Below, one piece after another: positions 1 through 8,729 of a stretch of 25,626 nucleotides of DNA. Under the pieces are notes generated by a model, which had not been told where the DNA came from, searched no databases, and was given only the letters and a program-made list of their open reading frames with translations. This stretch comes from a virus (taxonomy: Duplodnaviria > Heunggongvirae > Uroviricota > Caudoviricetes): IMG/VR virus record IMGVR_UViG_3300027770_000048; one strand, written 5' to 3'. Made by a program: the position numbers and the translations under genes. Numbering within the stretch: the first letter of the stretch is position 1; each line of letters starts with the position of its first letter.

Positions 1-768
1 AATTATGTTAGATTTTTCTTTTATAGTGATACAAGACAAAATAAAGGATATACATCTTCAATAAGACCAAACATATTAAAACAACATTGGGAAGCTAGAC
101 CTGAAATACATAATAATACTATTTTCTATCATGATTGTGATATTGCTTTCACAAAACCAATTGGTGAATGGATAACCGAAGAAATGATAAATGATGATAA
201 GTGGTATGGTAGTGATACAAGGTGGTATATAGGACATGATTATATTATTTCAAAAGGTGATGATATACTTACTAAAATGTGTGAGATAGTTGATATAGAT
301 AAAGATTTGGTTAAACAAAATGAATTAAACTCTATTGGTGCACAATACTTAATGAAAGGAATTGATTATAATTTTTGGGATAATGTTGAAAACGATTGTG
401 AAAATTTATTTAGAGAAATTAATTTATTAAGTAATTCAAAAAAATTAATTGAACCAACTTATCACGAATTACAAATATGGTGTGCAGATATGTGGTCTGT
501 ATTATGGAATGGTTGGAAATTAGGATATGAAACAATATGTCATCCAAATATGGAATTTAGTTGGGCAACATCTCCTGAAAATTTATGGAATACATGTAAC
601 ATATTTCATAATGCTGGCGCGGTGAATTCAACAAGTGGATTATTTTATAAAGCGGAGTATATGAACAAGTTACCATATAATGAAGTATTAGATATTAAAG
701 AGGGTACAACATCATATGAGTATTGGAAGTTAATACAAAACACAGCAAAAAAATCAGTATTAATATGA
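1..768 (+). CDS. GT-A glycosyltransferase resembling plant HPAT (GT95) / SERGT1 (GT96) protein O-glycosyltransferases; 5'-truncated by the window edge
   Basis: Frame 1 is open from base 1, so the ATG at 184 is internal. The upstream translation is NYVRFFFYSDTRQNKGYTSSIRPNILKQHWEARPEIHNNTIFYHDCDIAFTKP, with a DxD motif (DCD, 133-141) after a hydrophobic strand. WCADMWSVLWNGWKLG (from 478) parallels the WxxEMY motif of GT95/GT96. Confidence 0.72.
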   Translation, partial: NYVRFFFYSDTRQNKGYTSSIRPNILKQHWEARPEIHNNTIFYHDCDIAFTKPIGEWITEEMINDDKWYGSDTRWYIGHDYIISKGDDILTKMCEIVDIDKDLVKQNELNSIGAQYLMKGIDYNFWDNVENDCENLFREINLLSNSKKLIEPTYHELQIWCADMWSVLWNGWKLGYETICHPNMEFSWATSPENLWNTCNIFHNAGAVNSTSGLFYKAEYMNKLPYNEVLDIKEGTTSYEYWKLIQNTAKKSVLI

Positions 769-795
769 TAATAAAAAAACAATTTTAAAAAATAA

Positions 796-803
796 ATACT
801 TAT
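796..803 (+). promoter_or_regulatory. Candidate phage late-promoter octamer ATACTTAT
   Basis: Lies in the 47-nt intergenic gap, 12 nt upstream of the ATG at 816. Related octamers occur in other intergenic gaps (20509-20516 on the minus strand, 21500-21507, 24192-24199). The AT-rich background makes chance hits likely. Confidence 0.3.
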
Positions 804-815
804 TGAAGAAAGATT

Positions 816-1796
816 ATGATAGTTTTTATTACAACAGGTTACGGAAAAAATGTTATAGGAGGTGCCGATATTTGGTGCAACAACTTTATAGAAAATGTTT
901 TACCATTAGTCAAAGAAGATTACAAAATTATAATTGATGGTAGACCTTTGGTTAGAGAAATTGATGCAATCTATACTTTTGGAAACGAAAAAGAAGTTGA
1001 TAAAATATTAGACGAATGTGATAAGATTGTCTTTTTACACCATTCTTATAAACCAAATCCTATTATTCAAAAGTATTTACATAAAACATATCTTACATTT
1101 GTTCATGCGTTTATACCTGATATGGTTGGATTAAATGATGAATATGAAAATTTAATGACAAGATTGGATTGGCATTGGCAAAAAGATATATTAGATAATT
1201 CTGAAAATATTGTTTGGATTGGTTATGAGAAAGATACAATACACACATACTATCCAAAAACAATTACAATTCCAAATTATTATGAATGGAAAAATAAAAA
1301 ACCATTTGTTGGAGTAATTGATAATAAAGTTGGATATGCTGCAAGATGTGAGACAAGAAAGAACGCACATTATTTAGATTCAATACCTGCATTTATATTT
1401 TCAAACAAATATGATTATAAAAGAATGTTAGAAGGTAGTAAAATAAATGCATCCGTACATCAATTTATAGAATTTGATTATCGTTTTCACAATAAGTTTT
1501 TTGAAAAGAATTTCCAAATATTTCATGGAGCATATACCAAAGAACCATTTGGATATGCAATCTTTGACGCAATTGATAATGGTAAACTTCCAATATTAGA
1601 TGGTAGTTGGATGAAAGATATTAAATACAGATATAGAGCAATTAATAAAAAACAATTTCATTATCAATACATAAAAATATTAGAAGATGGATTTGAAAAA
1701 AATAAAAAACAATTTGATAGATTAAAAGCCGGACTAGAAAAATATACTAATAAACAAAAATGGATTAAAGAAATATGGAACCTCTTATTAACTTAG
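816..1796 (+). CDS. GT-B fold glycosyltransferase, GT4-like
   Basis: N-terminal GGADIW loop and C-terminal EPFGYAIFDAIDNGKLP, matching the GT4 E-x-F-G-x4-E/D-A-x3-G-x-P signature. Confidence 0.75.
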   Translation: MIVFITTGYGKNVIGGADIWCNNFIENVLPLVKEDYKIIIDGRPLVREIDAIYTFGNEKEVDKILDECDKIVFLHHSYKPNPIIQKYLHKTYLTFVHAFIPDMVGLNDEYENLMTRLDWHWQKDILDNSENIVWIGYEKDTIHTYYPKTITIPNYYEWKNKKPFVGVIDNKVGYAARCETRKNAHYLDSIPAFIFSNKYDYKRMLEGSKINASVHQFIEFDYRFHNKFFEKNFQIFHGAYTKEPFGYAIFDAIDNGKLPILDGSWMKDIKYRYRAINKKQFHYQYIKILEDGFEKNKKQFDRLKAGLEKYTNKQKWIKEIWNLLLT

Positions 1797-2536
1797 ATAG
1801 AGTAAAAAAGTTTATTACCAATAATACTCACATAGATAAAGAAGGTAATGAAATACATACTCCTGTAAAGTATCGTTGGACACATGGTGCAACCGATTTA
1901 CATATGGGAGATGGTCTTTTGGTATACTCTTTCATTCAATTTATTAGAGCAAAGGTATGTGTCTGTATTGGGTCAGGAGGTGGATTTATACCTCGTCTTA
2001 TGACACAATCAAGATACGATTTATGGGAACAAAAAATATTTGAAGGAAACAAAGCAAATGAATGGGGCGACACCGGAACTACAATCATAGTTGATGCTGC
2101 AAATGGTGTTGGTGGGTTTACCGATTGGACAGAAGAAAATTCTTTTTTAAGATTTAATTTTCAACCTCAAATAATTTTAGAAACATCTGAAAGAGCATTT
2201 TATGATTACTTTGTAAGGCAAGATATTAAAATAGATTACTTACATATTGACGGAGACCATTCATACGAAGGAGTTAAAAAAGATTTTGAATTATATTCTT
2301 CAATTATGTCTGAAAATGGAATTATTACTATTCACGACATAGACCAAAACTATCATGACACATTTGTTGTAACCGAAAATGCAAAAGAAGATTTTGTTCC
2401 GTTTGATGGCCCGGCTAAATATATTAAAGAATTAGAAGAAAATCAGAAATGGAATTTGGTAAACTTAAAAAATTTTCGTATGTTTGATAAAAAAGTTACC
2501 AGTACAGGTTTAACACTGTTAACAAGGAAAGATTAA
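1775..2536 (+). CDS. Class I SAM-dependent methyltransferase (Methyltransf_24-like)
   Basis: CIGSGGGF glycine-rich motif I, and IDYLHIDGDHSYEGVKKDF...NGIITIHD, typical of this family. Confidence 0.85.
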   Translation: MEPLINLDRVKKFITNNTHIDKEGNEIHTPVKYRWTHGATDLHMGDGLLVYSFIQFIRAKVCVCIGSGGGFIPRLMTQSRYDLWEQKIFEGNKANEWGDTGTTIIVDAANGVGGFTDWTEENSFLRFNFQPQIILETSERAFYDYFVRQDIKIDYLHIDGDHSYEGVKKDFELYSSIMSENGIITIHDIDQNYHDTFVVTENAKEDFVPFDGPAKYIKELEENQKWNLVNLKNFRMFDKKVTSTGLTLLTRKD

Positions 2537-2544
2537 AAAAAAGA

Positions 2545-3390
2545 ATGAATAAAATAAGATTAGTTACAGTAACAGGTTCACGAACGGATACATTGTGGCA
2601 TATGTTGAATCATTATAAAGATTTGGTAGACGAAATGTATGTTGTAGTTTATGAATGGGAAGGTAAAAATATTTATAATGAAGTATCTAAAATTGTAAAA
2701 GAATTTGATAAAACAAAAATTATAAAAAGAGTAACAAAAGAAAAATTTAATTGGGAATATGTTACTGAATTATATAATGAAATAAAAATGTTATTTCCTA
2801 ACGATTGGTGGGTAGTTTCTGATGACGATGAATTTCACATTTATTCCAAACCCCTAAATCAAATTATATCAGCTTGTGCAAGAAATGGATGGGAATTGGT
2901 AAGAGGTGGGTTTATAGATAGAATAGGACAAGTTGGTGATTTTCCAAATATAAATAAAAAGGAAAATATATTTGAACAATTTCCAGTTGCAGGATTTTTT
3001 AGATACCCAATGAGTGGTGCATGTCCTAATAAAGTATGTATAATGAAAGGTTATATAGAAATCACACCTGGACAACACTACGCAAAAATAGATGGACAAA
3101 CTACATGGAGATGGCAAGGTTGGAACCATCCGTTAATTGCACCTGTTGATGAATATAATGTTCAAGTACATCATTTCAAATGGGATTCGACTTGTGTAGA
3201 AAGAATTAAACAAGTTGCAGACATAAAAAAAGATTATTCATTCTCAGCTGAGTATTTGAAAATGTATCAATCTTTAAGAAGTAGTAATTTTGAAATAGAT
3301 GTTACAAATAAAGAATATATGTTTGAATATATTGGAAATGGTGAATATAAACAATGGAATAAACTTTTGAAAAAAATAGTATCAATATAA
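2545..3390 (+). CDS. GT-A glycosyltransferase (GT2_4 / GT92-like)
   Basis: N-terminal beta strand, LNHYKDLVDEMYVVV segment, WWVVSDDDEF acidic metal-binding motif, and NKV...GQH and VHHFKW in the C-terminal half. Confidence 0.65.
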   Translation: MNKIRLVTVTGSRTDTLWHMLNHYKDLVDEMYVVVYEWEGKNIYNEVSKIVKEFDKTKIIKRVTKEKFNWEYVTELYNEIKMLFPNDWWVVSDDDEFHIYSKPLNQIISACARNGWELVRGGFIDRIGQVGDFPNINKKENIFEQFPVAGFFRYPMSGACPNKVCIMKGYIEITPGQHYAKIDGQTTWRWQGWNHPLIAPVDEYNVQVHHFKWDSTCVERIKQVADIKKDYSFSAEYLKMYQSLRSSNFEIDVTNKEYMFEYIGNGEYKQWNKLLKKIVSI

Positions 3391-3422
3391 TTTGGTAATA
3401 TCAAAAAAATAGATTAGATTTA
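3391..3422 (+). promoter_or_regulatory. Bacteroidota-type -33/-7 promoter (TTTG-N20-TAGATTTA)
   Basis: TTTG at 3391-3394, a 20-nt spacer, and TAGATTTA at 3415-3422 (consensus TAnnTTTG, one mismatch). It fills the intergenic gap upstream of the ATG at 3439. Confidence 0.5.
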
Positions 3423-3438
3423 TAAAAATAAACAAGTT

Positions 3439-3645
3439 ATGGCAGAAAATAAAAACGAAGAACAATTACTTTTAGAAACAAGAAAAGTAAAAGCATTAGA
3501 AAAAATAGCTAACTCATTAGACGCACTTACCATATGGTTTGAAGATATTGACAAAGATGAATGGAGTAATCGTATTCAATATTATTTATCAGAGTGGCAT
3601 AAAACTATTCCAAAATCTGCATCAGATACCGATGAGTCCGCATAA
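3439..3645 (+). CDS. Small hypothetical protein (68 aa, helical, acidic)
   Basis: Clean ORF in operon orientation with protein-like composition, preceded by a promoter-like element. Its end overlaps the start of the next gene. Confidence 0.75.
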   Translation: MAENKNEEQLLLETRKVKALEKIANSLDALTIWFEDIDKDEWSNRIQYYLSEWHKTIPKSASDTDESA

Positions 3646-5044
3646 ACTTGGAATAATTGTCCCATATAGAGACCGATACGACCAGTTGGTATTATTTAAA
3701 TATTACATGGTCGAATATCTTTCAACAAAAAATATTGATTACGAAATAATTGTCATTCAACAAGATGATGCTAAATTATTTAATAGAGGAATGATATTAA
3801 ATGTAGGTGCAAAATATGCAAAAGGTTTGGGCTGTGATTATATGGTATTTCATGATGTAGATATGTTACCACATGATGTAGATTATTCCTATTCAAACAT
3901 TCCATTACATTTAGCAACAAACTTTATTACAAAACCAGGAGATGCAAAAAGAGAAATGTTTGACCAATATTTTGGTGGAGCTACTATGATTACAATGAAA
4001 GATTTTGAAAAAATAAATGGTTACTCAAATAAATATTGGGGATGGGGTTATGAGGATGATGATTTGTTATTAAGATGTAACCATCATAATATAAAATTGC
4101 AAAATAGTAATATTAAAAATATAGGTAGAAGTGGAGTATCATTGAAATTTAATGGAATCAACTCATTGGTAAAATGTAATAATACAATTAATTGCAATAT
4201 GAGTTCAACTTTTTTCATATCATTTTATCCTGATAAATTGAACTTGAATCACCAAAAGGAATCGGATGAGTTTACGGTATTCAGTATTCCGGGATATGAT
4301 TTTGCAATATGTTATACTTCTTTTGCACGATATAATTTTTGTGCATTTGATGATAAACTAAATGCATTATATGTAAACACTCCTATAAAACCAAATTATA
4401 GAACAAATATCATAGTTACTATTGATACAATTGATAATATTATAAAAGTATACCAAGATGGAATTTACATCGGCCAAACCCAATCTTTTAAAAAATTATA
4501 TAAATATAAAATAGAACCCTATTTTTATTTAGGGGTTGGTAATCCAAAGAGAGATATTATACCAAACTATTTTAAAGGACACATCGACACATTCGCATAT
4601 TATGATAATATATTGACCGATAATCAAATTAAAGAAATATCAACTGATAATACAGACCTAAGAAACTATAATTCAATAAATGATTTAAAAATCTATTATG
4701 ATGCAAATTATATAGAGAATTATAAATTAACAGATTTATCTAATAATAAAAACGATGGTGAAATCGTTGGATGTGAAATAGTAGAATCTGATTTTTTACC
4801 ATATTGTGAAATTCAAATACCAACAAGACGAAATTCTATTTTTAAAACATTACCACATGAAGAAAACGGATTTGAAAATAATAAATGGAAAGATATATCA
4901 ACCAGACACAATCAATTAAGGTTTGTAAATGAAGTTAGCAATCACTCATCATTATTATATAAAGATGGTTTAGATTCTTTACAATTTACAGAATATGGAA
5001 AAACCAATGAAAATAATATAACACATATAAATGTTGGAATATAA
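3632..5044 (+). CDS. GT7 (beta-1,4-galactosyltransferase-like) with an inserted LamG/concanavalin-A-like domain; start revised from 3539 to 3632
   Basis: GT7 motifs IIVPYRDR, FNRG, FHDVD, QYFGG, NGYSNKYWGWGYEDDD. A LamG-like block follows (SLKFNG ... KVYQDG ... FYLG ... FKGHIDTFAYYD), then the GT7 tail (FKTLPH ... DGLDSLQF). The paralog at 5044 starts directly at MKLGVCVPYR. Confidence 0.9.
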   Translation: MSPHKLGIIVPYRDRYDQLVLFKYYMVEYLSTKNIDYEIIVIQQDDAKLFNRGMILNVGAKYAKGLGCDYMVFHDVDMLPHDVDYSYSNIPLHLATNFITKPGDAKREMFDQYFGGATMITMKDFEKINGYSNKYWGWGYEDDDLLLRCNHHNIKLQNSNIKNIGRSGVSLKFNGINSLVKCNNTINCNMSSTFFISFYPDKLNLNHQKESDEFTVFSIPGYDFAICYTSFARYNFCAFDDKLNALYVNTPIKPNYRTNIIVTIDTIDNIIKVYQDGIYIGQTQSFKKLYKYKIEPYFYLGVGNPKRDIIPNYFKGHIDTFAYYDNILTDNQIKEISTDNTDLRNYNSINDLKIYYDANYIENYKLTDLSNNKNDGEIVGCEIVESDFLPYCEIQIPTRRNSIFKTLPHEENGFENNKWKDISTRHNQLRFVNEVSNHSSLLYKDGLDSLQFTEYGKTNENNITHINVGI

Positions 5045-6450
5045 TGAAATTGGGAGTATGCGTACCATATAGAAACAGAGAGGAACATATGAATCAGTTT
5101 GTTCCTCATGTTACAAAATTCTTAGAAGAAAGAGGAATTGAACATACTATATATCTTGCTCACCAATGTGACGATAAACTTTTTAATAGAGGTTTAATGA
5201 AGAACATTGCAGCCAAACATGCATTCGATGATGGATGTGATTACATAGTTTGGCATGATATTGATATGGTGCCTGAAGATGAAAGTTGTGATTATTCGTT
5301 TCCAAAAGACAATCCACAACATATCGCAGTTCGTATTTCACAATCGGATTATCAATTAAAATATGAAGAATACTTTGGTGGTGCTGTTTTATTTTCAAAA
5401 GAACAAGTAGAAAAAACAAACGGATACTCAAATGGATATTGGGATTGGGGAATGGAAGATGATGATTTATTTTGGAGATGTGTGATGGAGGGTTACGCAG
5501 AAAAAACAAATTTAGATTATGATAAAGAAATGTATGTATCATATTTTAATGGTATAGATTCTAAAATTCAATTTAGACCGAGTAGAGAGCAAAGAGATTG
5601 TCTTTCTAATTCACATACGATTTCAGTATTAGTTAAAGCTGACCAACAAATAGAAAAAGTTGCAATTTGGTTAATTGGTGATGAAGAAAGAAAGTTTGTA
5701 GAGTATCCTATATTTAGAAAACCAGGATATGATTGGGGATTATCATTTAACAATAGTAGAGCATATACAATGCAACTTTGGGATAGAACTAAACAACATT
5801 TGTACCAATGGATTAAAAGATATGAAAATCAATGGAGTTGGGTAACAATGGCAGTTGATTCTAAAAATAATAAAATACATTTTTATTTAAATGGTAGAGA
5901 AAGTGATGCAAGATTAGGAACAGGTACACAATCACCATTAAGTTTTTCAGAACCATTAAAGAAATATGGAATGGAACCATTTAATGTTGGTTATTCAAAA
6001 TCACCAATTGAAGAATTTTTTAAAGGTGGCATTGCTAGCATACAAATGTGGGATAGATGTTTAACATCCGATGAGGTAAAAAATCTACATAAAGAAATAC
6101 CTGAAAATAATTTGATATTAGATATATTCACTATGAATTTAGAATTTGGTGAAATGGAAAATATTGAATTAAAAAAAGAAAAAATAGAAATTCCAAATAC
6201 CATTTTACCTTATAGAAGAAATGGTAAATTTTTATGTTTACCACATCAAACGGAAGGATTGATTAATGTTGGTGGTATTGATAAGTGGGCAAAGGGTGAA
6301 ACTACTGCAAGAAATGAAAGAAGATATATTTTAGAAATGCAACAAGGTAAATTAGATTATAAAAACGATGGTATTAATAATATGAATTATAATTATATTA
6401 ATACGGATATAATATTTGATAAACATAAATTAATAAATGTAACATGCTAA
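5044..6450 (+). CDS. Second GT7 with an inserted LamG-like domain (tandem paralog)
   Basis: VCVPYRNR, FNRG, WHDID, EYFGG, NGYSNGYWDWGMEDDD. LamG block (YFNG ... WSWVTM ... HFYLNG ... FKGGIASIQMWDRCLT) and GT7 tail (FLCLPH ... DGINNMNY). TAATG coupling with the upstream gene. Confidence 0.9.
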   Translation: MKLGVCVPYRNREEHMNQFVPHVTKFLEERGIEHTIYLAHQCDDKLFNRGLMKNIAAKHAFDDGCDYIVWHDIDMVPEDESCDYSFPKDNPQHIAVRISQSDYQLKYEEYFGGAVLFSKEQVEKTNGYSNGYWDWGMEDDDLFWRCVMEGYAEKTNLDYDKEMYVSYFNGIDSKIQFRPSREQRDCLSNSHTISVLVKADQQIEKVAIWLIGDEERKFVEYPIFRKPGYDWGLSFNNSRAYTMQLWDRTKQHLYQWIKRYENQWSWVTMAVDSKNNKIHFYLNGRESDARLGTGTQSPLSFSEPLKKYGMEPFNVGYSKSPIEEFFKGGIASIQMWDRCLTSDEVKNLHKEIPENNLILDIFTMNLEFGEMENIELKKEKIEIPNTILPYRRNGKFLCLPHQTEGLINVGGIDKWAKGETTARNERRYILEMQQGKLDYKNDGINNMNYNYINTDIIFDKHKLINVTC

Positions 6451-7832
6451 ACGAAGTTTTTGAAAAGACTAGAAATAAATTAAATGATGTAGGATGTGGT
6501 ATGTGTTTAGCAAAATGGACACAAGTTACAATGCATTTACATAATGGTACCAATCACTCATGCCACCACCCAGCTACTCATAAAATTCCATTAGAAGAAA
6601 TTATGAATGACCCAAAAGCATTACATAATACAAACTTTAAAAAGAAAGTTCGTAAAGAAATGTTAGAAGGTGGTAAACCAAAGGAATGTGATTATTGTTG
6701 GAACATAGAGGATGTATCCAACGCTTTTTCGGATAGAACATACAAATCATCGGAACCCTGGTCAGCCCCCCATTTTGAGGATATATTAAAGACTGGTTGG
6801 CAGAATAATTTTAATCCAAAATATGTAGAGGTTTCTTTTTCAAATACTTGTAATTTTAAATGTTCTTACTGCGGCCCTCAATATTCATCTAAATGGGTTG
6901 AAGAAATAAATCAATTTGGCCCGTATAAAACCAGTACTAATTTTAATGATATTGCATTATTTAAAAAAGAAGGTACAATGCCTTATTTAGCATCCGACCA
7001 TAATCCATATGTAGAAGCATTTTGGAAATGGTGGCCGGAAATGTATCAAGATTTACACACATTCAGAATTACAGGTGGTGAACCTCTTTTATCAAAAGAT
7101 ACATTTAAGTTATTAGATTATATAATTGAAACACCCAATCCAAATAAAAAATTAAGTTTATGTATTAATAGTAATCTTGGAATTCCACAAAAATTATTTG
7201 ATGAATTTGTATCAAAAGTTGAAAAAATAATTGATAACGAATTAGTACATGAATTTATTATATTTACTTCTTGTGATACCTGGGGTGAGCAAGCTAATTA
7301 TATAAGAAATGGTTTGGATTATAATTTATTTAAAGAAAGAGTTGATTTTTTATTAGATAAATTCAAACCATTAACAATTGATATAATGTCAACATATAAT
7401 GCATTATCTGTTCCAAATTATCATAAACTAATAGAAGATGTTATTGTTTTAAAAGAAAGACATCACAACCCATATAGATATTGGGGTTCATCGTTATTAT
7501 TAGATTCATCATATCTTAGATGGCCAAACCACCAAGCAGTTAAAATATTAGAAAACCATTGGGTGGATGTTATTGATAGACAGGCAAAATTAGTAGATTT
7601 TCACGAACAAACTAGAATCGGTATGGATGGTTTTGGATTTACCGATATTGAAATAAATAAAATTAAAAGAATTAAAGATTGGTTTATAACGGAAAATAAT
7701 GATGAAAATTTAAAACAAAATCGTAGAGATTTTTATAAATTTATTAAAGAGCATGACAAAAGAAGAGGAACCGATTTTAATAAAACATTTCCTGAATTAG
7801 AAGAATTTTTACAAAAATGTAGAGTATCATGA
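6444..7832 (+). CDS. Radical SAM protein with an N-terminal twitch (half-SPASM) domain
   Basis: CNFKCSYC (CxxxCxxC) and ITGGEP. N-terminal Cys cluster CLAKW...SCHHP...CDYCW. C-terminal HDKRRGTDFNKTFPEL. Confidence 0.92.
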   Translation: MLNEVFEKTRNKLNDVGCGMCLAKWTQVTMHLHNGTNHSCHHPATHKIPLEEIMNDPKALHNTNFKKKVRKEMLEGGKPKECDYCWNIEDVSNAFSDRTYKSSEPWSAPHFEDILKTGWQNNFNPKYVEVSFSNTCNFKCSYCGPQYSSKWVEEINQFGPYKTSTNFNDIALFKKEGTMPYLASDHNPYVEAFWKWWPEMYQDLHTFRITGGEPLLSKDTFKLLDYIIETPNPNKKLSLCINSNLGIPQKLFDEFVSKVEKIIDNELVHEFIIFTSCDTWGEQANYIRNGLDYNLFKERVDFLLDKFKPLTIDIMSTYNALSVPNYHKLIEDVIVLKERHHNPYRYWGSSLLLDSSYLRWPNHQAVKILENHWVDVIDRQAKLVDFHEQTRIGMDGFGFTDIEINKIKRIKDWFITENNDENLKQNRRDFYKFIKEHDKRRGTDFNKTFPELEEFLQKCRVS

Positions 7833-8728
7833 TAATTAAAAATAAAAAATCGTTTATCGTTAAAAACGAAACACGAAACCACACAAATACAAAAAACTAT
7901 AACCTACTGAATGGTGATTTCATTTACGAAATAACTTATAAATCAGGAATGTTAGAAGAATTTTCTAGTAGTGAACAATGTCTAATGGGAAGGACTGGTT
8001 ATAATATGGGCATCTTTACTCAAAAAACATCTACTCTATTAGAGGAAGACTCCGTTTCATCTTCGGTAAAGTGGTGTTGGTTTAAACACGTTGGAGATGA
8101 GATACATTATGATGATATTTATTTTGGATTAAAGAGTGATGATAATAAAAATTATGAAGAATGGTGGATTAATTACATAAAAAAAATAGCACCCAATGTT
8201 ATAGATGAAAACGTCTTAATTGGTTTAGTTGCAAGATGGGGATTTTTTTATAATAATTTACAATTGGAGACAATTCAGGATAAAGAAATTAGAGAATGGG
8301 CAATTAATTTTGAAAACTCTAAAAAAGAAACTGGCTCCTACATTAGTGATATTATTAAAGTAAAAATTATAAAAACAAAGGATAAATTTACAATGTATAT
8401 TAATGATATCTTTTACAAAGATAAAGAATGCGGCCAATTATATGATTACTCAAACCAATCAATTTTTATTGGAGTAGCTAATCCATATTCTCATGAAGAG
8501 AATCAGTTTTGGTTTAGTGGTGAAATTTTTGAAGTAAAAATATATCATGATAGTATTGAAAAAGATGATAATTTATATCTTTGGTTTGATTTTGAAAATA
8601 ATTCAAAATTTAAAACATTTGACAAATCAGGAAATGGCAACCACGGCCAATTATACGAAACGGAACAATTTGTATATCAAAAGAATTTGGAATTTAATAA
8701 ATTTGCAAGACCAGCAAAAATAGTATAA
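7829..8728 (+). CDS. Stand-alone LamG/concanavalin-A-like domain protein
   Basis: MYINDI, IFIGVANP, WFSGEIFEVKIY, LWFDFE and DKSGNGNHG are LamG-like. GYNMGI parallels PGYDWGL and PGYDFAI in the LamG inserts of the two GT7 genes. Confidence 0.65.
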   Translation: MIIKNKKSFIVKNETRNHTNTKNYNLLNGDFIYEITYKSGMLEEFSSSEQCLMGRTGYNMGIFTQKTSTLLEEDSVSSSVKWCWFKHVGDEIHYDDIYFGLKSDDNKNYEEWWINYIKKIAPNVIDENVLIGLVARWGFFYNNLQLETIQDKEIREWAINFENSKKETGSYISDIIKVKIIKTKDKFTMYINDIFYKDKECGQLYDYSNQSIFIGVANPYSHEENQFWFSGEIFEVKIYHDSIEKDDNLYLWFDFENNSKFKTFDKSGNGNHGQLYETEQFVYQKNLEFNKFARPAKIV

Positions 8729-8729
8729 T

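Noticed and set aside
3539-3631. N-terminal extension of the first GT7 ORF as given in the track (start 3539)
   Set aside because: It overlaps the 68-aa gene in another frame. GT7 homology and the paralog's start point to the ATG at 3632.
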